From positions 20,248-84,247 of IMG/VR virus record IMGVR_UViG_3300043446_000566: DNA of 64,000 nt, one strand, 5' to 3'. This stretch comes from a virus. A model generated the notes under the pieces. The model saw only the letters and a program-made list of their open reading frames with translations, did no database searches and had not been told where the DNA came from. Shown here in pieces: positions 19,101-29,975 of the stretch (position 1 is its first letter; each line of letters opens with the position of its first letter). Made by a program: the position numbers and the translations under genes.

Positions 19101-21885
19101 CTTGAACGCCTTGCGCGCCAGTAGATCCTGTAGCACCTTGAACGCCTTGTGAACCAGTTGCACCAGTCGCTCCCTGAGCACCAGCAGCACCTTGAATTCC
19201 TTGGAAGCCCTGTGAGCCAATCGCGCCTTGAGCGCCAGTAGCACCTTGAACACCCTGCGCGCCTTGGACGCCCTGAGCACCCTGTGCGCCAGTTGCACCC
19301 TGCGCTCCAGCGGCACCTTGCGCACCAGCGGCACCCTGGACACCTTGTGCTCCCTGAACACCTTGAGCGCCTTGAACACCCTGCGCACCTTGGAATCCAG
19401 CACCATAAGCAATTAGATGCGCATCAAACCAAGACGCGGATGAGGCTCCCTCGATAACTTGTGATGTTGGATTACCAGTGTATGCAGTAACTTCAACGTA
19501 ATCAGTTGAACCATTGAAATATAATGTTGTGTCAATTGTTTGATTCTGAGATACGCCAGTATTAGCAACAGGATCATATGTTAGTGTCGATTGAGTAGTG
19601 CCATTTTTTCTCAATTGAATATTATGTTGTTGATTGTTTACTGAACCTGCTTGCCATAATATCTGAACATTGATTTGATAATATCCAGCAATCGTTGGTT
19701 GAAACTTGTTTGTTGTGAACCAGTTTTGCGGATCATAGTCGTCAACAAATGTGACAACCTGATCTGATCCGTTTGTAATAGTTTGATTTGTTCCACCCTT
19801 GACAGCACGAACAACATATGGGCTTGCTGCGAGACTTGATGCTGGACCAGTAGCACCTTGTACACCTTGATAGCCTTGTGAACCTTGAGCGCCTAAAGCG
19901 CCTTGAACGCCTTGCGCTCCCTGTGCGCCAGCAGCACCTTGAACACCTTGAAAACCTTGCGCGCCTTGTACGCCTTGAGATCCAGTCGCGCCTGTAGCAC
20001 CTTGAACACCCTGAGATCCAGTCGTTCCAGTTGCGCCTTGAACACCCTGAGCGCCTGTCGCGCCCGTAGCGCCTTGTGCACCAGCAGCACCCTGAAATCC
20101 TTGAGCGCCGACAGAACCTTGTACACCCTGCGCGCCTTGAGCGCCAGATGATCCTTGCGCACCAGCAGCACCTTGAACGCCTTGATAGCCTTGTGAACCT
20201 TGAACGCCCTGTGCGCCAGTGTCGCCTTTGTCACCAGTTCTTACGAATGTGATCGTTGTATTTGTATTATTCGGGAACGTCGCTGTAGAAAGTGTAGAAT
20301 CAAAACCAGCAATCGGAACACAGAACCATCCGTTAGGATCACCGATATGCGAGTGATTGCCGATGATACTGAACTGCGCATATTCTAGCACGTTCGCAGT
20401 GTTTGAGATTCTAAATGTGCCTTTGACAGCAGATGTAGAATCGTCAATTGTCTGAAGATAGTTGTAAGTGTTTGCGCCAGTGCTGTCGATATAATCAATA
20501 TAAAGAGTCGTTGCGCTTAGAAGCGTCGCATTATTGACCTTTAGATTGCCATTTGATGGATCTGTATTTGCAGTGCTTGTCAAGAAGTTGTAGATGAATG
20601 ATGCACCGCCGAATGAACCAGTTTCACCCTTGAGTCCTTGCGAACCCTGTGAACCTTGAGCGCCAACAGAACCTTGAACACCTTGATAGCCTTGTGAACC
20701 TTGAGCGCCTAATGCGCCTTGGACGCCTTGAGCGCCTGTTGATCCAGTAGCACCTTGAACGCCTTGAGCACCAGTAGCACCTTGAACGCCTTGAGCACCA
20801 GTAGATCCAGTAGCACCAGTTGCGCCTTGAACGCCTTGAATACCTGTTGCGCCTTGTGCGCCAACGACACCTTGTGAACCTTGGACACCTTGCGAGCCAG
20901 TTACACCTTGAAAACCTTGCGAGCCTTGAACGCCTTGAGCGCCAGTTGAGCCTGTAGCGCCTTGAACGCCTTGATAACCTTGAAAGCCTTGCGCGCCTTG
21001 AACCCCTTGAGATCCTACAGCGCCTTGAATGCCTTGCGCACCAGTTGCACCTTGAACACCCTGAGCACCGATATCGCCTTGAACCCCTTGAGATCCTACA
21101 GCGCCTTGCACACCTTGCGCGCCAGTTGCACCTTGAACACCTTGAAAACCTTGCGAACCTTGAACGCCTTGTGATCCAGTCGCACCTGTAGCACCCTGGA
21201 CGCCTTGAGCACCTTGAAATCCTTGAACACCTGTAGAACCCTGAACGCCTTGATATCCTTGCGATCCTTGAACACCTTGTGCTCCTTGGACGCCTTGCGA
21301 GCCTTGAGCGCCTAAAGCACCTTGAACGCCTTGAGCGCCGACAGAGCCTTGTGCGCCGACTGATCCTTGCGCACCATTAGCGCCTTGGACACCTTGAGCG
21401 CCAACAGAACCTTGCACTCCAGCAATACCTTGAGCGCCAGTAGAACCTACTGCACCTTGAGAGCCTTGCGCGCCTTGAATGCCTGCTGCACCTTGCGCGC
21501 CAAGAACACCTTGCGCGCCTTGAAATCCTTGAGCACCCTGAGAACCTTGTGCTCCTTGAATGCCTTGATAGCCTTGATATCCCTGCGCGCCTTGAAATCC
21601 TTGTGCGCCTTGAACACCTTGATAACCCTGGTAGCCAGAAACGATATTGACTTTATCGCCGCCGTTGTTCTCGCGAACAGTGATATTTGAACCACCAGCG
21701 TTTGTGATGACATTGACTTTATCGCCAGCGCTTTGCTGATCGCGAACTACGATGCGACCTTGCTGACCATTTGGACCAGGAGAAACATTGACTTTGTTTC
21801 CACCCTGTTCGCGGATCAGAATGTTACTCTTATTCCCAGCGTTTTGAGTCGCTGAAGAATTATTTGCGCTGACTGAAATTTTCAT
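16132..21885 (-). CDS. Long tail fibre: collagen-like G-X-Q repeats, C1q-like insert, repeated modules and C-terminal peptidase S74 chaperone
   Basis: Three G-X-Y blocks; SDRRKKENI...[15 protein letters not shown]...[12 protein letters not shown] is an intramolecular chaperone signature. Confidence 0.9.
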   Translation of the reverse strand: MKISVSANNSSATQNAGNKSNILIREQGGNKVNVSPGPNGQQGRIVVRDQQSAGDKVNVITNAGGSNITVRENNGGDKVNIVSGYQGYQGVQGAQGFQGAQGYQGYQGIQGAQGSQGAQGFQGAQGVLGAQGAAGIQGAQGSQGAVGSTGAQGIAGVQGSVGAQGVQGANGAQGSVGAQGSVGAQGVQGALGAQGSQGVQGAQGVQGSQGYQGVQGSTGVQGFQGAQGVQGATGATGSQGVQGSQGFQGVQGATGAQGVQGAVGSQGVQGDIGAQGVQGATGAQGIQGAVGSQGVQGAQGFQGYQGVQGATGSTGAQGVQGSQGFQGVTGSQGVQGSQGVVGAQGATGIQGVQGATGATGSTGAQGVQGATGAQGVQGATGSTGAQGVQGALGAQGSQGYQGVQGSVGAQGSQGSQGLKGETGSFGGASFIYNFLTSTANTDPSNGNLKVNNATLLSATTLYIDYIDSTGANTYNYLQTIDDSTSAVKGTFRISNTANVLEYAQFSIIGNHSHIGDPNGWFCVPIAGFDSTLSTATFPNNTNTTITFVRTGDKGDTGAQGVQGSQGYQGVQGAAGAQGSSGAQGAQGVQGSVGAQGFQGAAGAQGATGATGAQGVQGATGTTGSQGVQGATGATGSQGVQGAQGFQGVQGAAGAQGAQGVQGALGAQGSQGYQGVQGATGPASSLAASPYVVRAVKGGTNQTITNGSDQVVTFVDDYDPQNWFTTNKFQPTIAGYYQINVQILWQAGSVNNQQHNIQLRKNGTTQSTLTYDPVANTGVSQNQTIDTTLYFNGSTDYVEVTAYTGNPTSQVIEGASSASWFDAHLIAYGAGFQGAQGVQGAQGVQGAQGVQGAAGAQGAAGAQGATGAQGAQGVQGAQGVQGATGAQGAIGSQGFQGIQGAAGAQGATGATGSQGVQGATGSTGAQGVQGATGSTGAQGVQGATGATGAQGATGSTGAQGVQGATGATGAQGVQGATGAQGVQGAQGVQGATGPSTAINASAASAATNYIVGVAASGSNQTPVTSANLSFTNTGDLNLAARLKFKTADAYTGGTYAVVGLDWGGAAGTYKDFTIFDYVNSRAVFSVYGSTRNIDVFGTGTAGSDFRAPIFYDSNNTAYYIDPASTSVINALTVSTINNLNPATGVWHTSSEGRARFYFASGSTTYYGTGANFVWRNSSDLGVMTVDSSGNLRVATGGDNFASYALHVGGTGYATSDFRAPLFYDSDNTAYYCNPAGTSIFYGKLAMEKGAYDGLITFGSSTGWRCGIRQYDSSNAELRMYAANALGKLFFATGYDGENTTTLPTDGMMMYSNNVGIGNFSASNPSYKLHVKGDIYANGGWVRVSGTSGFYFESYGGGWYMADSTYVRTYGSKILYCDQYVVGESSVRSRIFYDYDNTSYYVDPNGTSILTSVNWYGVQNWAGDSSYAKGTPSYGYRFNNSADTINAFIIDNSGNTTSYASSRAPIFYDSNNTAYYVDPTSASVVGTFFVRNSANINWKAFYGSYYGYSTTYGAVVFGDTSGNITPCFNVDPIANLSGNFNGTGVEVMFRNGVRFITPNSSNNNYHNPLYLLDGYAYNGSSFRSGIFYDQDNTGYYIDGNSTSILYRLNTYYLSNNYAVSTDHPFGMYFDSGLSTAYAIYRESGAWTHPYPDLRIAFHTGIKIGANASYQGVKFYTDYDMGTQVMSVNNGSDPLGGGNVYVNNSLQADGSLRTPILYYSADTSIYFGYNSSGTYTPWRIGGSKNSYGGIYDVYSGVNGFMYDSAGNGGVYREANSRWYLYHNVANNCMGVGSSTTSSSYYLYVSGGIYSTGNIVAYSDRRKKENIVTVDNALNKVNSLRGVYYNKIDDENKTRQIGVIAQEVEQVLPEAVTYAADVDEYGVQYGNMVGLLIEAIKEQQSQIETLKEQLNTIVGRLSSII

Positions 21886-22217
21886 TTAGTGATTTGCGGA
21901 TACACTGTGATAATGCCTTCGATCACTCTTGAAGTAACATTTGCTGCGTCTTTCATCTTGACATCGTAGAGATATCTGCCAGCTTTGATGTTAGCTGTAG
22001 TCGCCGAATTCATCGACAGAGCAACATTGCCGTTGGCTACGTTGTCGATTGTCACAGCTAGATTCGCAGTGACGTTGGCTGAATAGTAAGACTTACGAAT
22101 AGATGAAGAGAATGTGTAGTTGGCGACGTTGATTACACTTCCATCGTTGTTTGTCAAATCGATATTGACCGAGAAGTCTGTGCCTTGATCGCAATAAAGT
22201 TCAACAAAACTAGCCAT
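21882..22217 (-). CDS. BppU-like fibre attachment / structural protein
   Basis: [33 protein letters not shown]; late promoter at 22247-22253. Confidence 0.65.
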   Translation of the reverse strand: MASFVELYCDQGTDFSVNIDLTNNDGSVINVANYTFSSSIRKSYYSANVTANLAVTIDNVANGNVALSMNSATTANIKAGRYLYDVKMKDAANVTSRVIEGIITVYPQITK

Positions 22218-22249
22218 TTTTGTACCCTAGAGAGGTTATATTTGATTAT

Positions 22250-22903
22250 TTAGCTAAAGGTAATTCCCTTGCTATTGAAAAAATCATAATCTTCACGGTA
22301 GAATTCTTTGATTTTTAGCACATCAGCTTCAGATAGGTCTGTCCTTTTATGCAACTTGATTCCTAAATTTTCCCTAGGTATTTTAGATGGCTCTAGATCA
22401 AATAGCCTGCAAATTTTTCTAGCCTCGTTGTCGAAATTCCTAAAGTCTAGAAATACCGTGTTTGGATTTTGAAACCATTCTTTTTGACTTTGAAAAATGG
22501 TGCTTCTATTTTGTCCTAAAGTATCTAAAAACTGTATCGGAGTTATTGAGTCGATCTTATTCTTTTGAGTTTCTGTTAGATCCTCATACGTCGCGACAGA
22601 AGCGCATGAAAATTCTTCACCATAGAAATGACCTAGCAAATACTTTACAACAGCAGAAGGATCTCTTCTCTTATGAATCTCACCTCTTGTAGAAGCTAAG
22701 ACATGGTTGAATGCAGAAACGTATCTTTCAACTGGATCTCTGTAAAAACAATAAAAAGTATAATCATTTGGCTCTGAAATACTCTTTTCATGTGTGTGAG
22801 AATTCAGATCAGCATCTAGATTCTTTAGCAAATTATGTAAAGAAGCGGAGCCAGTTTTTGGATTATACAGTAGCGCTATTCTCTTTTCTTTATGGAGTAG
22901 CAT
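22250..22903 (-). CDS. Sulfotransferase (Sulfotransfer_2-like), copy 2
   Basis: LYNPKTGSAS, RDPVERYVSAF, FYREDYDFF. Confidence 0.8.
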   Translation of the reverse strand: MLLHKEKRIALLYNPKTGSASLHNLLKNLDADLNSHTHEKSISEPNDYTFYCFYRDPVERYVSAFNHVLASTRGEIHKRRDPSAVVKYLLGHFYGEEFSCASVATYEDLTETQKNKIDSITPIQFLDTLGQNRSTIFQSQKEWFQNPNTVFLDFRNFDNEARKICRLFDLEPSKIPRENLGIKLHKRTDLSEADVLKIKEFYREDYDFFNSKGITFS

Positions 22904-23222
22904 TCAGTTTAGCCACATTCTCATTTTGAATTGCGATAATATCAACTTTTGAGTCGACCCATTGACGAAAATATTTGTTAGATCCAATACCTTGCTCTGA
23001 GATTTTCGCATGAGAAATAAAATTTGTCTGAGTAGGTGGATCTAGAACCAATGTTCCGCTATGATAAACATGAACATGATAGTCACTACCTGGCACCATT
23101 CTGCTAGTGTCAGTCGATATAACGTAATAGTTTATGGCTGTATACACATGATCCTGAATAGCTTCGTTGTATTCAGAACCGACGCTGGGTATATGAAAAA
23201 TGTGTGTTATGTTATTTGCCAT
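22890..23222 (-). CDS. Hypothetical protein, probable distant paralogue of 15748-16122
   Basis: NFISHAKISEQ...QWVDS aligns by eye with GFVTYEELTED..LSWIKA. Confidence 0.55.
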   Translation of the reverse strand: MANNITHIFHIPSVGSEYNEAIQDHVYTAINYYVISTDTSRMVPGSDYHVHVYHSGTLVLDPPTQTNFISHAKISEQGIGSNKYFRQWVDSKVDIIAIQNENVAKLNATP

Positions 23223-23228
23223 TGTATT

Positions 23229-23948
23229 TTACAGAGTGAGCGATACGTTGAAATTGCCAGTCCATCCGTTGAACGCCTTCCATGGCGTGTACACTCCGCT
23301 ACCTAGTGGAAATTCATAGACAGTATAATTACCACCAGAGTTATAACTATTACTTGTCGATGAAGCGCGGGTTCTTGTTACACCAAAAACAGTAACCGAA
23401 GTCCACCAGTTACCCAATGTCGATGTCGTCACATCGCCAGAAAAAGCTATAGAAGTGTTTAGTAATGTTGTAACAGAACTTGGCGCAGTGTCTACTTTCC
23501 ATAAGTCATAGACTGCAATTATGCTGGTGCTTCCACTTCCACTTTTACTTGTTCCAACAGTAGAGTAAGATCCTATAGTTCCAAATCCAGAGGAAATACC
23601 TTGTCCGCTAAACTGTGAACTTGCGAAAGATGTTGTACTTACGCCAAATGCTGTGTAATAATAACTATGATAGACTGGACCGCCAAAATTAGAAGTCGTA
23701 GAACTGTATGTTCCGGAAGTTCCTTGGCCACCAGTCCATGTTGTTCCAGCAGAACTATCAAAATTAGAAGATCCACCGATATATTGGCGAATCGTCAATG
23801 CTGAAGGATTTGTCGAGATCGATAGATTATTAGAATGCGACGCAACATAACCACCACCTCTAACATATGATCTCAGATTCGATGGAGGTGTGCCTCCACC
23901 GTATTCTGTTTTGATATCACTCAGCGTAGGAGTAGAACCGATAGTCAT
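23229..23948 (-). CDS. Putative fibre-tip adhesin / receptor-binding protein
   Basis: LSDIKTEYGGGTPPSNLRSYVRGGGYV...LTIRQYIG attachment-type N-terminus; Ser/Thr/Gly/Tyr-rich; coupled to the fibre gene. Confidence 0.55.
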   Translation of the reverse strand: MTIGSTPTLSDIKTEYGGGTPPSNLRSYVRGGGYVASHSNNLSISTNPSALTIRQYIGGSSNFDSSAGTTWTGGQGTSGTYSSTTSNFGGPVYHSYYYTAFGVSTTSFASSQFSGQGISSGFGTIGSYSTVGTSKSGSGSTSIIAVYDLWKVDTAPSSVTTLLNTSIAFSGDVTTSTLGNWWTSVTVFGVTRTRASSTSNSYNSGGNYTVYEFPLGSGVYTPWKAFNGWTGNFNVSLTL

Positions 23949-26848
23949 TATCTATTTTCCAGTTCTTTCACTCTCTTGTCTAGTTCCTTGATAGCTTCAA
24001 TTAGAACTGGAACAAGTTTATCATAAGAAACTGACAAGTGACCGTCAACCATCTCTGAAACTGCTGAAGGTAATAGCTGTTGAATTTCTTGAGCGATGAC
24101 GCCATATTGTAGTCTCTGATCTTTTTCTGGATCAATCCAGCGGAACGAAACACCATTGATCGAGTTTACCTTATCAACAGGAGTTTCAATATTTCCGTAT
24201 ACATGCTTTAGTTCAGCGTCTGATGCGGTCGAGAAATCATAGGCATAAACAGTCGTCGATGACCAGTAAATGCTACTGCAAGCAGCTGCTGTTTGTGAAG
24301 AACCAATTCCAGCAACACCTACAAGATAATTTGTTCCAGCTGAAGCAGAGGCATTGATCGATGTAGAAGGACCAGCAGCGCCTTGCACACCCTGAGCGCC
24401 TGTCGCGCCAGTAGCACCTTGAACGCCTTGAGCACCAGTAGCACCAGCCGCGCCTTGCACACCTTGAAATCCTTGCGCGCCTGTGCCGCCATTAGTACCA
24501 GCAGCACCTTGAACACCTTGGAATCCCTGTGCACCTGTACTGCCGTTGCTACCAGCTGCACCTTGTACGCCTTGGAATCCTTGAGCACCAGTCGCTCCTG
24601 CGGCACCAGCAGAGCCTTGAGCACCCGTTGCGCCAGCAGTGCCTTGAGAACCAGTCGCACCTTGAGCGCCATTGCTACCAGCAGCGCCTTGAGCACCAGT
24701 AGCACCTGTTGCACCAGTCGCGCCTTGTACACCCTGAGCGCCTGTCGCGCCTTGAACACCTTGTGCGCCAGTAGAACCAGTTGAGCCTGTAGCACCCTGT
24801 ACGCCTTGGAATCCTTGTGCACCTTGCACACCTTGAAATCCTTGGAATCCTTGAGCGCCTTGTCTACCTTGTGCACCCTGCACACCTTGTGGACCTAATG
24901 CGCCAGGGTTTGAAGTATTCGCTGAGAATGCGAGTCTTGTATTTGAACCAGATGTTGAAACTGCTACGTTGATCGAATCAGTATTTGCAACTTCTAGATT
25001 CTGCTTATTTGTCACACTGCTTGTATTTGCGTGATACACAGAAACAGTATTTGCGGCAGTATTCGCAGCACCATAAGCCGCTACAGCGGTATCATATGCT
25101 GTCTTTACTGTGCTTCCAGCCGCTGCATCAGTAGTGCTTGTGCTTGTGACTGTTGTGATAAGATTCTGAGTAGTAAGCAGTGTATAATACGCAAGATTCG
25201 CATTACCAGTTGCGCGCCAGACACCAGCAGTTGATGAGAAGAAGATCTCAGAGTTGCCGTTGGTTCCTGCACGGCGGCTACGGAATGTAGCATCGCCATC
25301 ACTTACAGCTGAAGCACGAAGAACAAAGGTATTTGAATCTAGTGTAGTAGATCCTGTAACAACCTGTGTGCCTGTGATTGTCACGTTATTGAATACAGCA
25401 TTACCTTGGCTGAGGCTATATGTGCCTGCTGTATCAAGGATTATGTTTGTTGCAGTAGTTCTGCCGTTTAGATTTGCTGTGCCAGTCACAGTCAGATTCT
25501 GTGACATGGTTGTATTCTTGCTCACAGCAAGATTAGAAGACAGCGTTGTGTCTCCAGTCACGCCCAACGTAGTTCCTACAGTCGCAGCACCAGTGATTGT
25601 AGCTGAAGCGAGTGTAGCAGCGCCAGAACTGAGTGTTCCTGTTACTGTAGCATTCTGCGATACTGTGACGTTCTTGCTCACAGCTAGGTTTGATGATACA
25701 GTGGTATTACCAGTTACTGTAAGATTTGCTGATAGCGTTGTGTCGCCAGTCACGCCTAGTGTAGTGCCAACAGTTGCAGCACCAGTAATAGTTGCTGAGG
25801 CAAGTGTAGCAGCACCAGAATTCAATGTTCCAGTGATTGTAGCATTCTGACTAATTGTTGCGTTCTTACTTACAGCTAGATTAGAAGACAGCGTTGTATT
25901 AGCTGCTACAGTTAGATTAGCAGATAATGTGGCATTGCCAGTCACGCCTAATGTGGTACCGACAGTTGCAGCGCCAGTAATAGTAGCTGAGGCAAGTGTA
26001 GCAGCACCTGAACTTAGTGTGCCAGTAATCGTTGCGTTTTGGCCAATCGTTGTATTTTTGCTTACAGTCAGATTAGAAGATAATGTTGTATTACCTGTGA
26101 CAGCAAGATTAGATGATAAAGTCGTATCACCAGTCACACCCAGAGTCGTGCCAACAGTTGCAGCACCAGTAATAGTAGCTGAGGCAAGCGTAGCAGCACC
26201 AGAACTGAGTGTTCCAGTGATCGTCGCATTTTGGCCGACTGTGAGATTGCTTGTGATAGCGACATTTGAATTCAATGCTGTATTGCCAGTAACAGTAAGC
26301 AGACCAGAAAGCGTTGTGTTTTGCGAAACAGCTACGTTAGAGTTTAGTGCTGTATTGCCAGTAACCTTTACATCGCCAGTGACGTTTGCTGTTCCTGTGA
26401 TTGTAGTGTTCTGTGAGATAGTGACGTTCTTTGAAACAGCGACGTTTGAGTATAGAAACGTATTACCAGTCACTTCAGCAGTCGATACGACATTCAATGT
26501 GCCAGTGACATTGGCATTCTGTGAGATGACTGTGTTCTTAGAAACAGCTAGATTTGATGAAAGCGTTGTATTGCCGCCGACTGTAGCTGTGTTACCAACA
26601 GAGAGAATAGAAGTTGTTGTCGTGCCACCAATCAGAGCGTCAGAAGCTGCGCCGATCAGAGTCAGAAGAGTTCCGCTTGTTGATCGCGAAAGAGTGATCG
26701 CGCCGTTAGAGATAATGAAGTCGCTATTATCTTTTACGAATGGATGATTTCGTAGAATGTTTCTGTCAGCAATCAGAGAATTTGTAGCTACGCGCCAATC
26801 GTCAAACGTATTAGCGATTTGAATTAGTCCAATATTTACGTTAGCCAT
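23948..26848 (-). CDS. Second tail fibre: beta-helix-like repeats, collagen-like G-X-Q block and S74 chaperone
   Basis: N-terminal [11 protein letters not shown]; SDAELK...[13 protein letters not shown]...[15 protein letters not shown]. Confidence 0.9.
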   Translation of the reverse strand: MANVNIGLIQIANTFDDWRVATNSLIADRNILRNHPFVKDNSDFIISNGAITLSRSTSGTLLTLIGAASDALIGGTTTTSILSVGNTATVGGNTTLSSNLAVSKNTVISQNANVTGTLNVVSTAEVTGNTFLYSNVAVSKNVTISQNTTITGTANVTGDVKVTGNTALNSNVAVSQNTTLSGLLTVTGNTALNSNVAITSNLTVGQNATITGTLSSGAATLASATITGAATVGTTLGVTGDTTLSSNLAVTGNTTLSSNLTVSKNTTIGQNATITGTLSSGAATLASATITGAATVGTTLGVTGNATLSANLTVAANTTLSSNLAVSKNATISQNATITGTLNSGAATLASATITGAATVGTTLGVTGDTTLSANLTVTGNTTVSSNLAVSKNVTVSQNATVTGTLSSGAATLASATITGAATVGTTLGVTGDTTLSSNLAVSKNTTMSQNLTVTGTANLNGRTTATNIILDTAGTYSLSQGNAVFNNVTITGTQVVTGSTTLDSNTFVLRASAVSDGDATFRSRRAGTNGNSEIFFSSTAGVWRATGNANLAYYTLLTTQNLITTVTSTSTTDAAAGSTVKTAYDTAVAAYGAANTAANTVSVYHANTSSVTNKQNLEVANTDSINVAVSTSGSNTRLAFSANTSNPGALGPQGVQGAQGRQGAQGFQGFQGVQGAQGFQGVQGATGSTGSTGAQGVQGATGAQGVQGATGATGATGAQGAAGSNGAQGATGSQGTAGATGAQGSAGAAGATGAQGFQGVQGAAGSNGSTGAQGFQGVQGAAGTNGGTGAQGFQGVQGAAGATGAQGVQGATGATGAQGVQGAAGPSTSINASASAGTNYLVGVAGIGSSQTAAACSSIYWSSTTVYAYDFSTASDAELKHVYGNIETPVDKVNSINGVSFRWIDPEKDQRLQYGVIAQEIQQLLPSAVSEMVDGHLSVSYDKLVPVLIEAIKELDKRVKELENR
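25490..26240 (-). repeat. In-frame tandem repeat, 192 bp (64 aa) period, about 4 copies
   Basis: tagcagc[ag]cc anchor at 25615, 25807, 25999 and 26191. Confidence 0.9.
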
Positions 26849-26849
26849 T

Positions 26850-27056
26850 TTATCCTCTGTTCAAAATCTGCTGTAGCATATTTTTGATTTCTAAGACGTC
26901 CGATTTTATCTTATTTATTTCGGCATCTCTTAGTTGATTTTCTCTATGCTTTTGAAGTTCGTTTTGATACTTGCTTACTTCAGTTACATCCGTACACAAA
27001 ACCGCCATGTTAGTAGCGTCTCTAGCGTATTTTGTGCCCTCAATCTTGTACTTCAT
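26850..27056 (-). CDS. Small coiled-coil hypothetical protein
   Basis: [17 protein letters not shown]...[20 protein letters not shown]; coupled to its neighbours. Confidence 0.75.
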   Translation of the reverse strand: MKYKIEGTKYARDATNMAVLCTDVTEVSKYQNELQKHRENQLRDAEINKIKSDVLEIKNMLQQILNRG

Positions 27057-29962
27057 CAGCCACCTGGTACTGCGATAACCTTCAGCGATTCTACCATCGG
27101 AGTCACTGTAGGATCAGATGCTGTCAGACGAATCTTGACTGCGAACTGCTTGAAAGTCTTACCGAGTGGCATAGAACGAACACCGTCGAAATACTCAATC
27201 GTTCCGCTTGTTAGCGAGAAGCGATACTCTAGCGGCACGCGCTTTGTCTGATCTGGCGAAATATTGTCTCTTGACTTGGTCATTTTCTGCCATTTCTTCG
27301 AGACAAACGGATCATTATCAAGCGCTGAAAGCACCTTGAAGTATACTGCAATGTCTGTTCCTGCTGGCTTGATAGCTGTCATGCGAACGACTAGATCGCC
27401 TGCGTCAAAGCCATCTTCAAGCGTCACGATCTTTGTCTGATACTTAGCAAGGATATTACCGCCAGATGCGTCAGTCTCACCGTTGATTACAGCTGTCGCG
27501 TTTGTAGCAACACCAGGCTCAGCGATAGTGATTGTTGGCGTAGTCAGATAACCAGATCCTGGATTGATGATGTTGATTCCAAGAATTGTATTTGAAGTGC
27601 CGTTGATCTGAAGCAGAGCAGGCGTCACGTTTGCTGTAGCTTGAATCGAATCAGCAACGTCAGGTGCGCTGATAGAAACAACAATGTTGCTAGCATTAGC
27701 ATGTGTGCCTTGCGTAGTGACAGAGATCAGATTATTCGCAATACCTGCGTTGTTGATGATATTCTGTAGCGCAAAGAAGCCAAATCTTTCCTTGTTCACA
27801 ACAGGCGAAACTGATTCGTCAGATGTCGTCATCGTGACGCGAACATTCACGCTTTCTGTATTGCCAGAAGCAATCAGTCTTCTTCTGTTTGAAGAAGCAG
27901 AAGAAATGTCAGTGTCTTTGCCGAAGTTGTAAAGATCATTATTATTGACAGTCACATAACCAGCTTGAGATCCGTCAGTCTTATAAGTCATCACTTCATA
28001 TGTGATTGAAGTTGGCGAGAATCTCTGTTCTGTTGCTGCAATCTTCATTAGATCCATAACAACATTTGGCTTCTTTGTGTCGTTTACTGACAGATTGAAG
28101 TATGCTGTATTTGAACTTTCGAATGATGCGCGATTGACCTGGAACATCAAGTCTCTGTTGAGAATCGGGTTCCAGTTAGAAGCATTCTGCGATGTGAAGA
28201 AGCTACCGATATATGGCTGTTCTGAAATGCGACGAGTATTGCCTGTGTCGTCAGTATATTCACCGCCGATTGTAGCTGTCCACACTTCATAGTCTGACGA
28301 TTCAGTGATTAGCTTGATCGCATATTCTGTAGAAGACTGAAGATATACAGGATCAGCAAACGTGAACTTTGTCAGTGTAGCTGAGTTAGCTACGCTAGGA
28401 ATAGCTGAGACCTTGATATAAGCAGGCTCTAGAGTTCTTGTAGCAATGATATCGTTACTTGGCAGACCATTATCAATAGGCGAAATCGCTACAGTAAATG
28501 GCAGAAGTTCATCTGCTGCTGTTGGCTTTGCCTTGAAGAATAGATCAATTGAAGAGATATAGACGCCATAGGCATTCTTGATTTCTCCGTTAGTAATCGA
28601 ATTACCCTTTGGAGTGAAGAATGTCTGCGCCATGTACTTGCGATCATTGATTCTCTGAGTTGCTTCAGTGATCTTTGAGACAGCTTGTAATGTGTTTGGT
28701 GTCTGTTCACGAAGCACGAAGTTACGAGCATTTTCAGTGCTGTTTACTTTGCCTAGTGCTGTATACTTTGCGATAGCGCGCATTTTGTATGCGTTGTCAT
28801 TATACGTCGCAGTATCAGTAACCGTGAATACTCTTTCACCAACTAGCCATCTTAGCGAGTTCTCTGACGGAAGATGGAAGATACCGTATAGCGCGCCGAC
28901 ATCATCAACAGTATGCTTGCCGATAGAGTAGATGCTATTTGACGTTGGAGCAGCTGGCATCGCAGCGTCTAGAATCGCTTCGGTCCAGCCCATTGATGTG
29001 TTCGAGACTACAGAAACAACATTCGCAGTGAAGCCCATGTTGGTTCCACCGACAATCGTGATCGTATTGCCAACAAGCGTCGAAACGCCATCACGAGTCG
29101 TGTTATTTGTCGATAGGACAATTGAACGTAGATTGACTGTATTAGCGCCAGAAACAACAGACGAAAGCGCGACATATGAGTTCTGCGAACTGTTCTGAGC
29201 GCTCACCGTAAGAGTAGCAGCACCAGTCAGCGTTTCACCTGCCTGAAAGCGATTATTAGCATAGATGTTTTGAACTGTTCTGCTGTTATTGACAAACTTT
29301 GTCAGATTCCAGATATTTGAAGAGCCAGAATAAGTGACATCAGTGTTCGCTCTGCCGAGAATAGGATCCACTACTAGCACACCCTTTGTCGTGTCCAGCA
29401 CTTCCCACTTCTTGACTTTACCCAAGAATGTATAGGCAGGATTTTCTACGCCTGTGTAAACAGAGAAATTCAGATACGCATTATTCGCAGTCTGATAAAC
29501 TAGATCGTCAACAGCATAGTCAGAAGATACAATATCAGTTCCTGTACTCTTTGAGATGTTCAGAGAAAGAAAGTTATCGTTGACATAAATGAGATTATTA
29601 TTAGCAGTAATCGAAGTGCCAAGGACTTCAGCATATGCCTTAGATGTTGAACCGTAAAGTGAGTCATTGATTCGAATGTTTGAGAAAGCAGTGTTTGACG
29701 TTACGTTGATTACAGATCCTCTTTGCGTAAAGTCATTGACCTTGATGCTGTCAAAGAATAAATTTGCAGTAGCATCTGGCTTTAGATTTCTCGCATCGAT
29801 ATTGATATCATTTTCACGAATAAATGGTGTCACACCGATAGGGTTGCTGTCATATACTGGATCAGTGATTCTCTGATTTGTGTTGACTGATGCAGCAGCC
29901 GCAGCAGCAGCCGCTGCTGCTCTCTGGTTCAATGCCATAACACCGTAAATTGCTTGTCCCAT
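27056..29962 (-). CDS. Virion structural protein (C-terminal half of a DUF4815/VrlC-like protein)
   Basis: MAQTFF, YISSIDLFFKAKP, TKFTFADPVYL, GSFFTSQNASNW, FKQFAVKIRL. Confidence 0.7.
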   Translation of the reverse strand: MGQAIYGVMALNQRAAAAAAAAAASVNTNQRITDPVYDSNPIGVTPFIRENDINIDARNLKPDATANLFFDSIKVNDFTQRGSVINVTSNTAFSNIRINDSLYGSTSKAYAEVLGTSITANNNLIYVNDNFLSLNISKSTGTDIVSSDYAVDDLVYQTANNAYLNFSVYTGVENPAYTFLGKVKKWEVLDTTKGVLVVDPILGRANTDVTYSGSSNIWNLTKFVNNSRTVQNIYANNRFQAGETLTGAATLTVSAQNSSQNSYVALSSVVSGANTVNLRSIVLSTNNTTRDGVSTLVGNTITIVGGTNMGFTANVVSVVSNTSMGWTEAILDAAMPAAPTSNSIYSIGKHTVDDVGALYGIFHLPSENSLRWLVGERVFTVTDTATYNDNAYKMRAIAKYTALGKVNSTENARNFVLREQTPNTLQAVSKITEATQRINDRKYMAQTFFTPKGNSITNGEIKNAYGVYISSIDLFFKAKPTAADELLPFTVAISPIDNGLPSNDIIATRTLEPAYIKVSAIPSVANSATLTKFTFADPVYLQSSTEYAIKLITESSDYEVWTATIGGEYTDDTGNTRRISEQPYIGSFFTSQNASNWNPILNRDLMFQVNRASFESSNTAYFNLSVNDTKKPNVVMDLMKIAATEQRFSPTSITYEVMTYKTDGSQAGYVTVNNNDLYNFGKDTDISSASSNRRRLIASGNTESVNVRVTMTTSDESVSPVVNKERFGFFALQNIINNAGIANNLISVTTQGTHANASNIVVSISAPDVADSIQATANVTPALLQINGTSNTILGINIINPGSGYLTTPTITIAEPGVATNATAVINGETDASGGNILAKYQTKIVTLEDGFDAGDLVVRMTAIKPAGTDIAVYFKVLSALDNDPFVSKKWQKMTKSRDNISPDQTKRVPLEYRFSLTSGTIEYFDGVRSMPLGKTFKQFAVKIRLTASDPTVTPMVESLKVIAVPGG

Positions 29963-29975
29963 TTATTTTTCCTAA

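Noticed and set aside
18910-21635. CRISPR-like array suggested by the periodic ccttg repeats
   Set aside because: The 9-bp periodicity comes from collagen G-X-Q codons; there are no unique spacers and no cas genes
18780-26747. Long alternative-frame and antisense ORFs over the fibre genes (e.g. 18780-19412, 24319-24885, 25254-25850, 25929-26747)
   Set aside because: Shadows of repetitive low-complexity codons that lack stops in other frames; no SD or recognisable motifs
16132-26848. Diversity-generating retroelement or invertible shufflon acting on the fibres
   Set aside because: No reverse transcriptase or recombinase in the window; no near-identical repeat pair differing only at adenines; the repeats are direct and in frame
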